Shown here: piece after piece, positions 1 to 9,896 of the stretch
Layout of the letters: each line of letters begins with the position of its first letter
How positions within the stretch are numbered: the first letter of the stretch is position 1
Assembly (NCBI GenBank): GCA_905182105.1
Contig: CAJJAR010000014.1
Span: 32,565-96,564 of the forward strand
From: an uncultured Rhodobacteraceae bacterium
GTDB taxonomy: Bacteria > Pseudomonadota > Alphaproteobacteria > Rhodobacterales > Rhodobacteraceae
DNA: 64,000 nucleotides
Reading direction: 5' to 3'
Notes under the pieces: model-generated
Told to the model about the DNA's origin: nothing
The model's database searches: none
Seen by the model: the letters and a program-made list of their open reading frames with translations, nothing else
Translations under genes and position numbers: made by a program

Positions 1-269
1 CATTTCGCCACTCATCATTACCTTTGTTTGGAGCGCTTGAAATGTCCCATGATGTAATGCGCGTTCAGGTTACAGTTGGGGTTCAAGAGCCTGGCAAAGT
101 TGATGTCGATACGTTGATTTCCAAACTGCCACGCGGTCGCGCCGAAGTAACTGCGGTGTTTGGCGGTATGAACGTTGTTGCTGAAAATGGTAGCGATACA
201 ATTGTCATTGCACAGGCAGCTGTGGAAGCGTTTTTGCCGCAACAAAAAGGTTGGAAGCTGAAAGGCTAA
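1..269 (+). CDS. Lin0512-family protein, 5'-truncated by the window edge
   Basis: The frame is open from base 3 (FRHSSLPLFGALEMSHDVMRVQVTVGVQEP...LPRGRAEVTAVFGG...IVIAQAAVEAFLP), which matches the Lin0512 family pattern. Confidence 0.75.
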   Translation, partial: FRHSSLPLFGALEMSHDVMRVQVTVGVQEPGKVDVDTLISKLPRGRAEVTAVFGGMNVVAENGSDTIVIAQAAVEAFLPQQKGWKLKG

Positions 270-931
270 TTTTTGCAATCACTTAAGCGTTTTCCAACTT
301 CATCAACGAACATTTCTGGTCGGGCTTCTGCTGTTTGAATGAGATCAATACGGAAGACGCGGAATGCTGATTTGCGCTCGCACCATGCGGTCAATGTCCA
401 GACACGGCCCCAATATTCGATCTGTAGCGGGCGCACAGTGCGTGTCGTGACCCTATCACCCTTAGAATTGTAGGTCATCTGTAGCTTCTGCTTGGCCTTA
501 ATCGCTGCACGGATCAACTGCATGTATGAGAACCCGCGTGCTGTGTCTGCAAAAGGGGAACGTGCAAACTTCCATGCATCTGCAGAGTTTATGCTGCGTT
601 CCGGGAGTGCATTATCCAGTTTTTTAACAAGACTTTGGGCCGCTGCGCGAAAGGTTGGATCGGAAGCTTCGAGTACAATTGCCAATCCGAGATTCAAAAC
701 CTCAAGTTCGGCTTGCGTAAGCGACATTGGGGGTAGGGTGGTGACGTCCAATGTGAGATACCCTATGCCACGGGACCCCTCGATGGGTACGCCAGACGAG
801 ATCAGCTGATCCATATCGCGGTAGATTGTGCGCACTGAAACATCCATAGCATTGGCAATATCAGAAGCGCGATGCAGCGCACCACCTCGCAACATTTGCA
901 TTATTTTAAAAAGGCGATCGGATTTTTGCAT
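266..931 (-). CDS. YafY-family HTH-WYL transcriptional regulator
   Basis: N-terminal HTH_11 (RASDIANAMDVSVRTIYRDMDQL...GVPIEGSRGIGY) and C-terminal WYL domain (RTVRPLQIEYWGRVWTLTAWCERKSAFRVFRIDLI). Confidence 0.92.
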   Translation of the reverse strand: MQKSDRLFKIMQMLRGGALHRASDIANAMDVSVRTIYRDMDQLISSGVPIEGSRGIGYLTLDVTTLPPMSLTQAELEVLNLGLAIVLEASDPTFRAAAQSLVKKLDNALPERSINSADAWKFARSPFADTARGFSYMQLIRAAIKAKQKLQMTYNSKGDRVTTRTVRPLQIEYWGRVWTLTAWCERKSAFRVFRIDLIQTAEARPEMFVDEVGKRLSDCKN

Positions 932-971
932 GCTGTACCCTGTTTACGTTCAGCCATCCTAGCAAAGAACC

Positions 972-995
972 CAACTGACATAAACCTGTCAGTTG
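972..995. promoter_or_regulatory. Perfect inverted repeat, probable operator of the WYL regulator
   Basis: CAACTGACA-TAAACC-TGTCAGTTG, 9-bp arms with a 6-bp spacer, 40 bp upstream of the WYL start codon. Confidence 0.65.
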
Positions 996-1150
996 CATCG
1001 TGTTTGACTATTTGATTGGCATAATTGCCAACCGGATCTTTGGCAAAATGCCTATTCTCGCTTTTCCCTGCCCAATTTGCTGACTAGAAAGGAAATTAAT
1101 AAATGAGGTACGCCCTTGAGCGTATGGGAAATAAAAATAGGAGACACGTT

Positions 1151-1372
1151 ATGTCACTAGGACCTTGGCAAGTATTGCTAATCGCTGTTGTTGTGTTGGT
1201 GCTTTTTGGGCGCGGCAAGATCAGTTCATTGATGGGTGAGGTTGGTAAAGGCATCACATCGTTCAAAAAAGGCATTTCTGAAGGCACCAAAGAGATGGAA
1301 GACGAAGCAGCTGACGTTGCTGAGACCATCAAAGACGTGACGCCTGAGGCTGACAAAGAGGACAAGGTTTAA
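1151..1372 (+). CDS. tatA: Twin-arginine translocase TatA
   Basis: MSLGPWQVLLIAVVVLVLFGRGKISSLMGEVGKGITSFKKG; AGGAGA RBS before ATG 1151. Confidence 0.95.
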   Translation: MSLGPWQVLLIAVVVLVLFGRGKISSLMGEVGKGITSFKKGISEGTKEMEDEAADVAETIKDVTPEADKEDKV

Positions 1373-1375
1373 GCC

Positions 1376-1831
1376 ATGTTTGGAATGGGCGGGGTAGAGA
1401 TGCTGGTGATCGGCATTGTCGCCCTTATTGTTGTCGGTCCCAAGGACCTGCCAATGTTGTTCCGCAATGTGGGACAGTACGTCGGTAAGGCCCGTGGCAT
1501 GGCACGCGAATTTCAGTTCGCTATGAACAAGGCTGTGGACGATTCCGGGATGAACGACATCTCAAAAAGTCTCAAGACGGCGACAAATCCAATTGGATCG
1601 GCTTTAGACAGCGTTAAAGATGCCGCCGCCGATGCTACAAAGGATTTGAACATTGATCCTGAAAGCGAAACAGGCAAGTTGGCTGCTAAACGTGCCGAGC
1701 AGGCCAAGAAGATCCAAGCATCTACTGCACGCGCTGCTGCAACACGCAAAGCAGACGAGGCTGCTGCTGCATTGGCCAAGGCTGATGAGGCCGAGGCCGC
1801 GTTGAAACCCGCACCAAAGAGTGAAACATGA
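1376..1831 (+). CDS. tatB: Twin-arginine translocase TatB
   Basis: [19 protein letters not shown] motif; lies between tatA and tatC. Confidence 0.95.
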   Translation: MFGMGGVEMLVIGIVALIVVGPKDLPMLFRNVGQYVGKARGMAREFQFAMNKAVDDSGMNDISKSLKTATNPIGSALDSVKDAAADATKDLNIDPESETGKLAAKRAEQAKKIQASTARAAATRKADEAAAALAKADEAEAALKPAPKSET

Positions 1832-2727
1832 GCCAAGCTGAAGACCATATGGATGAAAGCAGCGCACCACTGATTGAACATCTAACCGAACTACGTTCGC
1901 GTTTGATCCGCTCAGTTGCTGCTTTCGTTGTTGCTATGCTTTTTTGTTTTATCTTCGCGGGTTACCTGCTGGATTTCTTACTATTACCGATCGAAAAGAC
2001 AATGCGCGAATTGGGTAATCCCAATCCGGTCATGCAATATACAGCCCCTCAAGAGTATTTCTTCACACTGTTGCGGATTGCAATGGTCGGTGGGCTTGCC
2101 TTGAGTTTTCCGGTGATTGCGACACAGCTTTGGCGTTTTGTTGCGCCGGGTCTCTATCGCAATGAAAAGTCTGCGTTCTTACCGTTCATCGTTGCTTCGC
2201 CTGCGTTATTCATGATCGGGGCGATGTTTGCCCACTTAATTGTGACACCGCTTGCGATGCGCTTTTTTCTAGGCTTTGCTGATCTTCCGTCAATGTTGTC
2301 GCCTTTGCTAACAGGAGCGGAGAACATTTCTGAGAACAAAACGGGCATTGATATCGTTTTTAACGGTAAGGTTAATGAGACGCTTGATATCACATTGAAA
2401 TTGATCGTCGCTTTTGGCCTGTGCTTCCAATTGCCCGTGCTTCTGACGCTTATGGGCAAAGCTGGCTTAATCGATGCCGATGGCCTGCGTCGCGTGCGCA
2501 AATATGCGGTTGTTGGCATTCTGACGCTGGCCGCGGTTGTGACGCCTCCAGATGTTATCACCCAAGTTATTTTGTTTGTCGCTGTTTATGGCCTGTACGA
2601 AATATCCATCCTTTTGGTAGCTCGTGTTGATCGTGATCGTGAAGCCAAGCTACGTGAAGATGGTTTCTATGAAGACGATGATGAAGAGTCTTTGGATGAT
2701 GAAGACGACGAGGGTGACCTCAAGTGA
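1828..2727 (+). CDS. tatC: Twin-arginine translocase TatC
   Basis: [24 protein letters not shown] and [11 protein letters not shown] motifs; several TM segments. Confidence 0.96.
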   Translation: MSQAEDHMDESSAPLIEHLTELRSRLIRSVAAFVVAMLFCFIFAGYLLDFLLLPIEKTMRELGNPNPVMQYTAPQEYFFTLLRIAMVGGLALSFPVIATQLWRFVAPGLYRNEKSAFLPFIVASPALFMIGAMFAHLIVTPLAMRFFLGFADLPSMLSPLLTGAENISENKTGIDIVFNGKVNETLDITLKLIVAFGLCFQLPVLLTLMGKAGLIDADGLRRVRKYAVVGILTLAAVVTPPDVITQVILFVAVYGLYEISILLVARVDRDREAKLREDGFYEDDDEESLDDEDDEGDLK

Positions 2728-3563
2728 TTGACAATTCGATGGATCGTATTGCGCAAGCATTAGAACGTCTGGCGCCAGTCCCGCTGCCTGCGCCAGACTT
2801 TTCCTCAGCCACTGCGTTTGTATGGCACACGCAACCTGATCGGTTAGAGGCTGTCCCGAAAGTAGCACGTGTTGCCCTGAATCTATTGGTGGGTGTTGAT
2901 CGATCACGCGACACTTTACTGGCCAATACGCGTCAGTTTGCAAAAGGCTTACCTGCAAATAATGCGCTTTTGTGGGGCGCACGTGGCATGGGAAAATCCA
3001 GCCTTGTCAAAGCCATTCATGCTGATGTTCAGACAGATCACCTTCAATTAAAGATTGTTGAGTTGCAGCGAGAAGATTTGCCATCGGTCGCCCGTCTGCT
3101 GAACCTTCTCCGCGGATCAAGCGATCGCTTCATCCTATTTTGTGACGACCTTAGCTTTGGCCAAGATGACGCGCATTATAAGTCATTGAAGGCTATTCTC
3201 GACGGTGGAATTGAAGGGCGTCCAGAAAACGTGGTTCTTTACGCCACTTCAAATCGTCGTCATTTGATGCCACGAGACATGATAGAGAACGAGCAGGGCT
3301 CTGCGATCAATCCAGCCGAGGCCGTTGAAGAGAAAGTGTCTTTGTCTGATCGTTTTGGTCTTTGGCTTGGTTTTCATGCCTGTGATCAGGATCAATATCT
3401 GGCAATGATTGATGGGTACTGTGATGCACACGGGCTGAAAATTTCGCCAGAAACACTGCGTGCAGAAGCCATTGAATGGCAAGCGACTCGTGGTTCACGC
3501 TCTGGACGGGTTGCTTGGCAGTTCTTTACCGACCTGGCAGGACGTCACGGGGTTAAACTGTAA
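2724..3563 (+). CDS. DUF815-type AAA+ ATP-binding protein
   Basis: Walker A (WGARGMGKSS), FCDDLSF and YATSNRRHL motifs; overlaps the tatC stop. Confidence 0.88.
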   Translation: MIDNSMDRIAQALERLAPVPLPAPDFSSATAFVWHTQPDRLEAVPKVARVALNLLVGVDRSRDTLLANTRQFAKGLPANNALLWGARGMGKSSLVKAIHADVQTDHLQLKIVELQREDLPSVARLLNLLRGSSDRFILFCDDLSFGQDDAHYKSLKAILDGGIEGRPENVVLYATSNRRHLMPRDMIENEQGSAINPAEAVEEKVSLSDRFGLWLGFHACDQDQYLAMIDGYCDAHGLKISPETLRAEAIEWQATRGSRSGRVAWQFFTDLAGRHGVKL

Positions 3564-3567
3564 ATAG

Positions 3568-3608
3568 ACTAGTACTAAGTGGACCATCGAAAGCCCACTT
3601 TAGCTAGT
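3568..3608. terminator. Imperfect hairpin between convergent genes
   Basis: ACTAGTACTAAGTGG...CCACTTTAGCTAGT arms lie between the stops at 3563 and 3610. Confidence 0.4.
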
Positions 3609-3609
3609 T

Positions 3610-4815
3610 TTATTGCAAAAATGGCAGCGGATCGACACTGTCAAAGCCATTGCGAACCTCAAAGTGTACATATGCATCGTCACCCGTGCGAAGGCTCGCG
3701 ATGGCTTGACCACGGCGAACGTTATCGCCCTTTTGGACCTTAACATCGGTAACGTTGGCATAGACGGTCAGTAGGTTGTCTGGGTGACGTACGACGATGA
3801 TTGGAATGCCATCTCCGCTTTTGGTGATTGCAGCGACTTTGCCACCATCAGCTGCCTTAACAGCTGTGCCTGCACCACCTTTGATGTTGATGCCCTCATT
3901 CTTGCCCTTTGAATAGGCACGAATGATTGAACCGTTGACAGGGTATGTCATTTTAGCAGCCTTTGCTGGTGCGCTTTGTTTGCCAACGTCTGCAACAGGT
4001 TTCACTGGTTTTGCCACAACGGATGCAGTTTGCGCTACAGGGACTTCGACTTCATTCTTTGGTAAAGGCTTTGCAGCGCTTGGTGGCGTTGGAGTTGGTG
4101 TGCCTTCGCCAGGTGCTTCAACCTTGGTTTGTTCTATTTGGCGTTTTGGAGGATTTTGCTTGGCAACTGGAATCAACAAAAACTGACCTTCGCGTACAGC
4201 AAAATCGCTGCCCAATCCGTTCCATTCAGCAAGTGATTTAGCGGAAATTTGGTAAAGACGGGCAACAGTGAATGCGGTTTCACCACGCTCGATTTTGTGA
4301 CGAATTGGTTCAACACCTGATGGCGCTGAAGCGACTGAGGCTGGTAATTCAGCAGTTGTCACAGGTGTGGTATCTGGAGAGTTGTTGATAGCGTTTCCAG
4401 CCAATGCGGTCACATCAACAGTTTCACTGGTTAGGCCAGTCAGTGCAGATGGTTCTGTTACGCGGTTGGGTAGGGCGATTATTTCACCTTTACGCAACGG
4501 GGTATCTGCCCCGACACCGTTGAATTTGCTCAGCTCTGCAGCATCAAGGCTAAGGCGATTAGCAACATCGGTTAATGTGTCGCCACGATTGGCAACAACG
4601 ACCTGATAATTAGGATAAGAGATTACGCCGCGATTGTCTGCTTTTGGACGCTCTGCCGTTGCGTTTACAGCGGCTTTAGCCGTGGAAAAACCACCTGCCA
4701 TTCCACGTAGATCCACATCGAAAGGTTGATCGCCACAGGCTGTCAATGCGCCCAAGGCAACACTTGCCATCAAAATGCGTGCGCGCGTGCCTGCAAAGTG
4801 GGGTAAGATGCTCAT
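3610..4815 (-). CDS. LysM + M23 peptidase-domain lipoprotein (NlpD/DipM-like)
   Basis: Lipobox LTAC, two LysM-like segments, C-terminal M23 domain (EGINIKG...VYAN...VHFEVR) with a degenerate HxxxD/HxH metal site; follows surE-pcm. Confidence 0.88.
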   Translation of the reverse strand: MSILPHFAGTRARILMASVALGALTACGDQPFDVDLRGMAGGFSTAKAAVNATAERPKADNRGVISYPNYQVVVANRGDTLTDVANRLSLDAAELSKFNGVGADTPLRKGEIIALPNRVTEPSALTGLTSETVDVTALAGNAINNSPDTTPVTTAELPASVASAPSGVEPIRHKIERGETAFTVARLYQISAKSLAEWNGLGSDFAVREGQFLLIPVAKQNPPKRQIEQTKVEAPGEGTPTPTPPSAAKPLPKNEVEVPVAQTASVVAKPVKPVADVGKQSAPAKAAKMTYPVNGSIIRAYSKGKNEGINIKGGAGTAVKAADGGKVAAITKSGDGIPIIVVRHPDNLLTVYANVTDVKVQKGDNVRRGQAIASLRTGDDAYVHFEVRNGFDSVDPLPFLQ

Positions 4816-5006
4816 CTGCTCGTCCTCTCATGGCTTCGTGTTATCCAAAGCTTCTGTGGTTTAATATTCTATTTTTACTTGTTTTACCAGTTGTGTTTAA
4901 GGGGAGGATTTTGTGCAAATCAGCATAAACTTGGCTGTTTTCACGCTAATGTAAGGTTAAGCAGATTGATCAGAGCTTGGACCGAACAAACTGCGCAGTC
5001 TATTCC

Positions 5007-5675
5007 TTAGCCGTCTTTGCCCAATCCTTCGAGAAGCGGGACGAAGCGAACGGGACGTAACTCAGAGTATTCCAAACCGTCTTCAGTTTTCTGGACCTTA
5101 ATCAAGCTTTGTACGGTGTCAGATTGTCCAACAGGCACAACCATAATTCCACCCATCTTTAGCTGAGCGAGAAGGGGCCCCGGTGGGTCCTCTGCCGCTG
5201 CTGTAACAATGATGCGATCAAAAGGTGCCTGCTCAAGCAAACCAAAACTACCGTCACTTGTTAAAGCTGTAATGTTGTTCAGATCGAGGGTGTCGAAAAT
5301 TTCACGGGCTTCGCGCACAAGGCGACGATGCCTGTCCAACGTATACACGCGACGGGCCAATTTGCTAAGGATTGCTGCCTGATATCCGGAACCAGTCCCA
5401 ACCTCTAAAACCTTATCGCGAGGTGATACTTGCAGTGCTTGCGTCATTAGTGCGACGACTGAGGGTTGGCTGATGGTTTGACCACATGCGATTGGTAATG
5501 GCATGTCTTCGTACGCGCGGTCTGCGAACAATCCGCGCACAAACGGGCCGCGATCAATACTTTCCATTGCAGCCAGTACACGTTTGTCTGTCACTCCTTT
5601 GGAGCGCAAAGCATACAAGAACTGCATCTTGCGTTCTGCATCTGTTGATTGCTCTGGTGACAGATTGTCATTCAT
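5007..5675 (-). CDS. pcm: Protein-L-isoaspartate O-methyltransferase
   Basis: [23 protein letters not shown] and [10 protein letters not shown] motifs. Confidence 0.96.
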   Translation of the reverse strand: MNDNLSPEQSTDAERKMQFLYALRSKGVTDKRVLAAMESIDRGPFVRGLFADRAYEDMPLPIACGQTISQPSVVALMTQALQVSPRDKVLEVGTGSGYQAAILSKLARRVYTLDRHRRLVREAREIFDTLDLNNITALTSDGSFGLLEQAPFDRIIVTAAAEDPPGPLLAQLKMGGIMVVPVGQSDTVQSLIKVQKTEDGLEYSELRPVRFVPLLEGLGKDG

Positions 5676-6457
5676 GAATTGATGCCTTTTAGGCTATCCA
5701 AGATTGCGTGATCCGTTAAGTCGGCGCGCATTGGCGTGACTGAGATGTAGCCATCCAAGTTTACAGCGGCATCGGTTCCATCCGCGCAAATTGCACGCTG
5801 GTTGCCGCCTTTGATCCACAAGAAACGTCGACCTGAAGGTGCATCATGTGGTTGAGTTGAAAAGCCTGTGTTTTGGCGACGGCCCTGCGTTGCAACGCGA
5901 ATGCCTTTAACGGCATCTGCTGGAACAGGTGGGAAGTTTACATTGTAAAATAAAGAGTAATGCAGTGTTTCGTCTGGCGTCTCTGCCATAATGCGGCGAA
6001 CAACATCAGCGCCGTGCTGTGCCGCTGCCTCAAATGGATCTTCGAGATTAAGGTTTTCGGGGCCATAATATTGAGAGAGTGCAATTGCAGGTAACCCCTG
6101 GAGCGCGGCTTCCATGGCAGCACCGATCGTACCTGAATAAAGTGTGTTTTCAGCAGAGTTGTTGCCACGATTAACGCCCGACAGAACAAGGTCAGGTAAG
6201 TTTTCTTTCATCACTTCATGCAAACCAGCTAGGACGCAGTCCGCAGGCGAACCTTCAACGGCATAGCGGCGTTCATTGACTTGATTTATCATCATAGGGC
6301 GTGTGTAGCTAATGCAGTGCCCCACACCAGATTGTTCAAAAGCGGGAGCTACAATCCAGACTTCACCGTCAGGACCAGCAATGTCAGTTGCGATTGTTTC
6401 AAGGACCTTTAGTCCTGGAGCCGTGATGCCGTCGTCGTTGGTAATCAAAATGCGCAT
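5672..6457 (-). CDS. surE: 5'/3'-nucleotidase SurE
   Basis: Start trimmed to [10 protein letters not shown]; GSPADCV and SGVNRGNN...[10 protein letters not shown] motifs. Confidence 0.96.
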   Translation of the reverse strand: MRILITNDDGITAPGLKVLETIATDIAGPDGEVWIVAPAFEQSGVGHCISYTRPMMINQVNERRYAVEGSPADCVLAGLHEVMKENLPDLVLSGVNRGNNSAENTLYSGTIGAAMEAALQGLPAIALSQYYGPENLNLEDPFEAAAQHGADVVRRIMAETPDETLHYSLFYNVNFPPVPADAVKGIRVATQGRRQNTGFSTQPHDAPSGRRFLWIKGGNQRAICADGTDAAVNLDGYISVTPMRADLTDHAILDSLKGINS

Positions 6458-6476
6458 TATAAGCCCCTTTGCGCTT

Positions 6477-6505
6477 TTGATAGGCAAGGGGAGGCCGTGC
6501 GGCAA
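6477..6505 (-). promoter_or_regulatory. Sigma70-like promoter of surE
   Basis: Minus strand TTGCCG-N17-TATCAA, preceded by a C8 run. Confidence 0.45.
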
Positions 6506-6568
6506 GGGGGGGGAGCCTCCAGCGGGAATTTTTTTAGTAAGATGAAGAGAGGCCGTTGCGTTTAAGAC

Positions 6569-7207
6569 TCAAGAAAGAGCTGCGAGGACCTTTGCAGCTT
6601 GGACTTGTGGGTCGTTCAATTTGTCGCGGTTTTCGCCGGGATAGAAGCGTGCGCGTGTTGCCGTTGGCATTGGATCGGGGGTCAGGATGTGTACCTCCGG
6701 TCCGTTTGTTAATGTTTCAGCCTGCCAGCTTCGGGCAAGTGCGATTTGGGCGGCTTTGGTTGCACCGTAGCTGCCAAAAAACTGTTGACCAGCACGTGGA
6801 TCGTCGAAAAAGACCGCCTGTCCTGTTTGGCCAAGAAGAGGCGCAACAAAAGAAATCAACGTTGCAGTAGCTGTGATGTTTCCTGCAATGGACTTGGCCA
6901 AATCTTTGCTGTCGATATGGGATGTTGGTGTGAGCGGCGCGGCGTGGATCGAGGTATGGAGCCACATATCCAGCTTGCCCCAGCGATCATAGATGCTGCG
7001 GCAAAGTGTGGCCATCGCATCTGCATTGGTCACATCCATCGGCGCAAGCGTCGCGCTGCCGCCTTTGGCTTGAATGCTGTCATCCAGTTCCTCAAGTGCA
7101 CCGGTGGTTTTCCCTACTGCGATGATGTGATGTGTGTCGCAAAGTGCAATTGCTAGTGCGGCACCTAGGCCGCGAGACGCGCCGGTGATGAGAGCTGTTT
7201 TTATCAT
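6569..7207 (-). CDS. SDR family oxidoreductase (YciK-like)
   Basis: TGASRGLG Rossmann motif and YGATK catalytic motif. Confidence 0.9.
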   Translation of the reverse strand: MIKTALITGASRGLGAALAIALCDTHHIIAVGKTTGALEELDDSIQAKGGSATLAPMDVTNADAMATLCRSIYDRWGKLDMWLHTSIHAAPLTPTSHIDSKDLAKSIAGNITATATLISFVAPLLGQTGQAVFFDDPRAGQQFFGSYGATKAAQIALARSWQAETLTNGPEVHILTPDPMPTATRARFYPGENRDKLNDPQVQAAKVLAALS

Positions 7208-7238
7208 GACAGCGTGATGCGTTGAATTCGCCCTAAGG

Positions 7239-7646
7239 TCAAGTTTTTGTACGGTGATATGTAAGCGTCAGATGGGCGCAGTGATGGAGCGCATCGGTTG
7301 GGAGGGGACAGTCAAGGGGCAAAGAAATAGCTCGTATGCCACCAAACTCAAAAGTTGTTGGGTAAAGGGTGCGCATTGTTTCAGGAAGCGTTGAATTGCA
7401 GTTAAGAAATAAACCCAGAGTTTTGGGGCGCTTTGGCGGCCAACTTGCGCGAAGAGTTGATCCAATACCGGATTTCTTTGGCAACCAGGCAGATTCACCC
7501 CACTTCAATGTTTCTGTAAGGCCACCAATTCCCGCAACCTTTGCCACATCGTGGATTATATAGGGTAGCGTACAGAAATGCGTTTGAGCGGCTTGTGGCC
7601 AATTGCTTAAAATGTTTTTCTGTGTTTTCCGTACCGTCAGCATCAC
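7239..7646 (-). CDS. DUF1801-like small protein
   Basis: LTETLKWGE.AW...GSTLR...LTLTYHR pattern; start uncertain. Confidence 0.65.
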   Translation of the reverse strand: MMLTVRKTQKNILSNWPQAAQTHFCTLPYIIHDVAKVAGIGGLTETLKWGESAWLPKKSGIGSTLRASWPPKRPKTLGLFLNCNSTLPETMRTLYPTTFEFGGIRAISLPLDCPLPTDALHHCAHLTLTYHRTKT

Positions 7647-7695
7647 ATGAGGTGCTGACAGTATCTGGCAGTAGAATTGGTTTTTGTGAAAGAGC

Positions 7696-9165
7696 TTATT
7701 CAGCAGTTTTCATTTCAAACCCTTCTTCTATCTTATCCGTCGGTTTTACTGGATATTCGCCTGAAAAGCATGCATCGCAATATTGTGGGCATTTCTTGTT
7801 GCGGCCATTTTCTTCACCAACGGCACGGTACAAGCCGTCCAATGAGATGAATTTAAGGCTATCAACAGAAAGGTGATCGCGCATTTCGTCTTCGGTCATT
7901 GTTGCCGCTAGCAATTTGTCACGTTGCGGTGTGTCTACGCCGTAAAAACACGGCCAAGCTGTTGGGGGTGATGCAATGCGAAAGTGTACCTCGGCTGCAC
8001 CAGCATCCAAGATCATCTCTTTAATCTTACGCGATGTGGTCCCGCGCACGACAGAGTCATCGACCAAGATAATGCGTTTGCCTTTGACCAAAGCGCGGTT
8101 CACGTTCAGCTTTAAGCGTACTCCCATGTTGCGGATTTGCTCTGTTGGTTCAATAAACGTGCGGCCCATGTATTGGTTGCGGATGATGCCCATCGCATAT
8201 GGAATGCCTGACTCTAGCGAAAAGCCAATTGCTGCTGGCGTACCGCTGTCAGGTACAGGGCAAACAAGATCAGCATCAACTGGGGCTTCTTTTGCCAACT
8301 CGCGACCAATCGCTTCGCGGGTCTCATAAACAGAGCGACCTCCAAGGATACTATCTGGGCGAGAGAAATAAACGTGCTCAAAGATACAGAAACGTGGTGC
8401 GACGCGGCGGAAGGGGAAGTGGCTCTGAACGCCATGCTCTTCGCTGATGACAACCATTTCACCTGGTTCGATTTCGCGGACAAACTCAGCGCCAATGATA
8501 TCAAGGGCGCAGGTTTCTGAGCTAAGAGCCCAGCCATCACCAACTTTTCCTAAGACAAGTGGACGAACACCCAGTGGGTCGCGAACACCCATTAATTTTG
8601 TGCGTGTCATAGCAACGATAGAAAAGGCACCTTCAACGCGGCGCAATGCATCTTCCATACGCTCTGGAATGCTGCGCTGCATAGAACGGGCCATCAAGTG
8701 AATGATACATTCACTGTCTGATGAACTTTGGAAAATCGAACCACGTTCGATCAATTCACGGCGCAGTGCGTTGGCGTTGGTAATATTGCCGTTGTGAGCA
8801 ATCGCAGCGCCGCCTTGTGCGAACTCTCCAAAAAACGGCTGAACGTCGCGGATCGCTGTTTGGCCTTTGTTGCCTGAGGTGGAATAACGCACGTGACCTA
8901 TTGAAAGTGGCCCTGGCAAAGTTTCCATTATCTTTTGGGATGTGAAGTTATCACGTACATAGCCAAAGCGGCGTGCAGAGTTAAAGCCGTGTTCTTCGTC
9001 ATAACTAACGATCCCACCAGCTTCTTGTCCGCGATGCTGTAGTGCATGTAGGCCAAGGGCGACAAAGTTTGCCGCATCTTTCGTTCCTATGACACCAAAG
9101 ACGCCACATTCTTCCTTTAATTTATCATCATCAAAGGGATGGGCGGGGGGCATATGTTGGGACAA
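7696..9165 (-). CDS. purF: Amidophosphoribosyltransferase
   Basis: EECGVFG N-terminal Cys, LQHRGQE, VDDSVVRGTT PRPP loop; GGAG RBS before TTG. Confidence 0.98.
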   Translation of the reverse strand: MSQHMPPAHPFDDDKLKEECGVFGVIGTKDAANFVALGLHALQHRGQEAGGIVSYDEEHGFNSARRFGYVRDNFTSQKIMETLPGPLSIGHVRYSTSGNKGQTAIRDVQPFFGEFAQGGAAIAHNGNITNANALRRELIERGSIFQSSSDSECIIHLMARSMQRSIPERMEDALRRVEGAFSIVAMTRTKLMGVRDPLGVRPLVLGKVGDGWALSSETCALDIIGAEFVREIEPGEMVVISEEHGVQSHFPFRRVAPRFCIFEHVYFSRPDSILGGRSVYETREAIGRELAKEAPVDADLVCPVPDSGTPAAIGFSLESGIPYAMGIIRNQYMGRTFIEPTEQIRNMGVRLKLNVNRALVKGKRIILVDDSVVRGTTSRKIKEMILDAGAAEVHFRIASPPTAWPCFYGVDTPQRDKLLAATMTEDEMRDHLSVDSLKFISLDGLYRAVGEENGRNKKCPQYCDACFSGEYPVKPTDKIEEGFEMKTAE

Positions 9166-9312
9166 AGGGTAGCTCCTGTTCCGTCAACTGTTATTGTGCC
9201 CCTGTTATCCAAATCTGGAGCCAGTGTCACGAAACTATCATCGATTGTTCGGTATTTTCGTGAGTTAATTTTGTGTCATCCCCAGATCAGCACGGTAAGT
9301 GGGTGTTTTTGC

Positions 9313-9870
9313 TTATTCTGCTACACCACAGCTGCCAACAAGGTTTTCGTATTGTTGTGTAATCCAGCCCAACGCCTGTTCGGGTTCTTGCTCTTGAATG
9401 TCTCCAGTGAAACGGCCAAAAACTGCAGCAGAGCGGCTTTCGTCCACAATTGTGAATTCTTGGCCTGTCATGATGGTGTCATAAACAAAGAAGGCGATTG
9501 CGACGAGAAGGAGGCCACGTACGACGCCAAAGAGAAAGCCCAAACCTTGATCCAAACCACCAAGCGCTGAGCGACGGATAAGTGAGGAGAAGAGAGGGGT
9601 GAAAAGTGACATGACGATTAAAGCAATTGAGAAAACAATTGCAAATGCGCCGATAACGCTTAGCTCGCAGCTGTCTGCAATGATGTCGCCAACAACTGGA
9701 ATCTCGCGCACAAGCGGTTCAACGTGCGGGGCGAACATAAAGCCCAGAATGGCCGCTGCGATCCACCCGACAATGGCCATAACTTCGCGGACCAATCCGC
9801 GTCCATAGGCCAGTAACGCTGACAGAATAATGACTATGGCGACAACGCCATCAATAATTGTAAAATCCAT
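9313..9870 (-). CDS. cvpA: CvpA family membrane protein
   Basis: RGLVREV and LDQGLGFLFGVVRG motifs; upstream of purF. Confidence 0.93.
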   Translation of the reverse strand: MDFTIIDGVVAIVIILSALLAYGRGLVREVMAIVGWIAAAILGFMFAPHVEPLVREIPVVGDIIADSCELSVIGAFAIVFSIALIVMSLFTPLFSSLIRRSALGGLDQGLGFLFGVVRGLLLVAIAFFVYDTIMTGQEFTIVDESRSAAVFGRFTGDIQEQEPEQALGWITQQYENLVGSCGVAE

Positions 9871-9896
9871 AGTCTTCTGCCTTTCAACTCCGATGC

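Noticed and set aside
6506-6513. G8 tract as a phase-variation switch for surE
   Set aside because: It lies upstream of the -35 element rather than in the spacer, and similar C-run-TTG motifs precede other promoters, such as ppiD near 54570.
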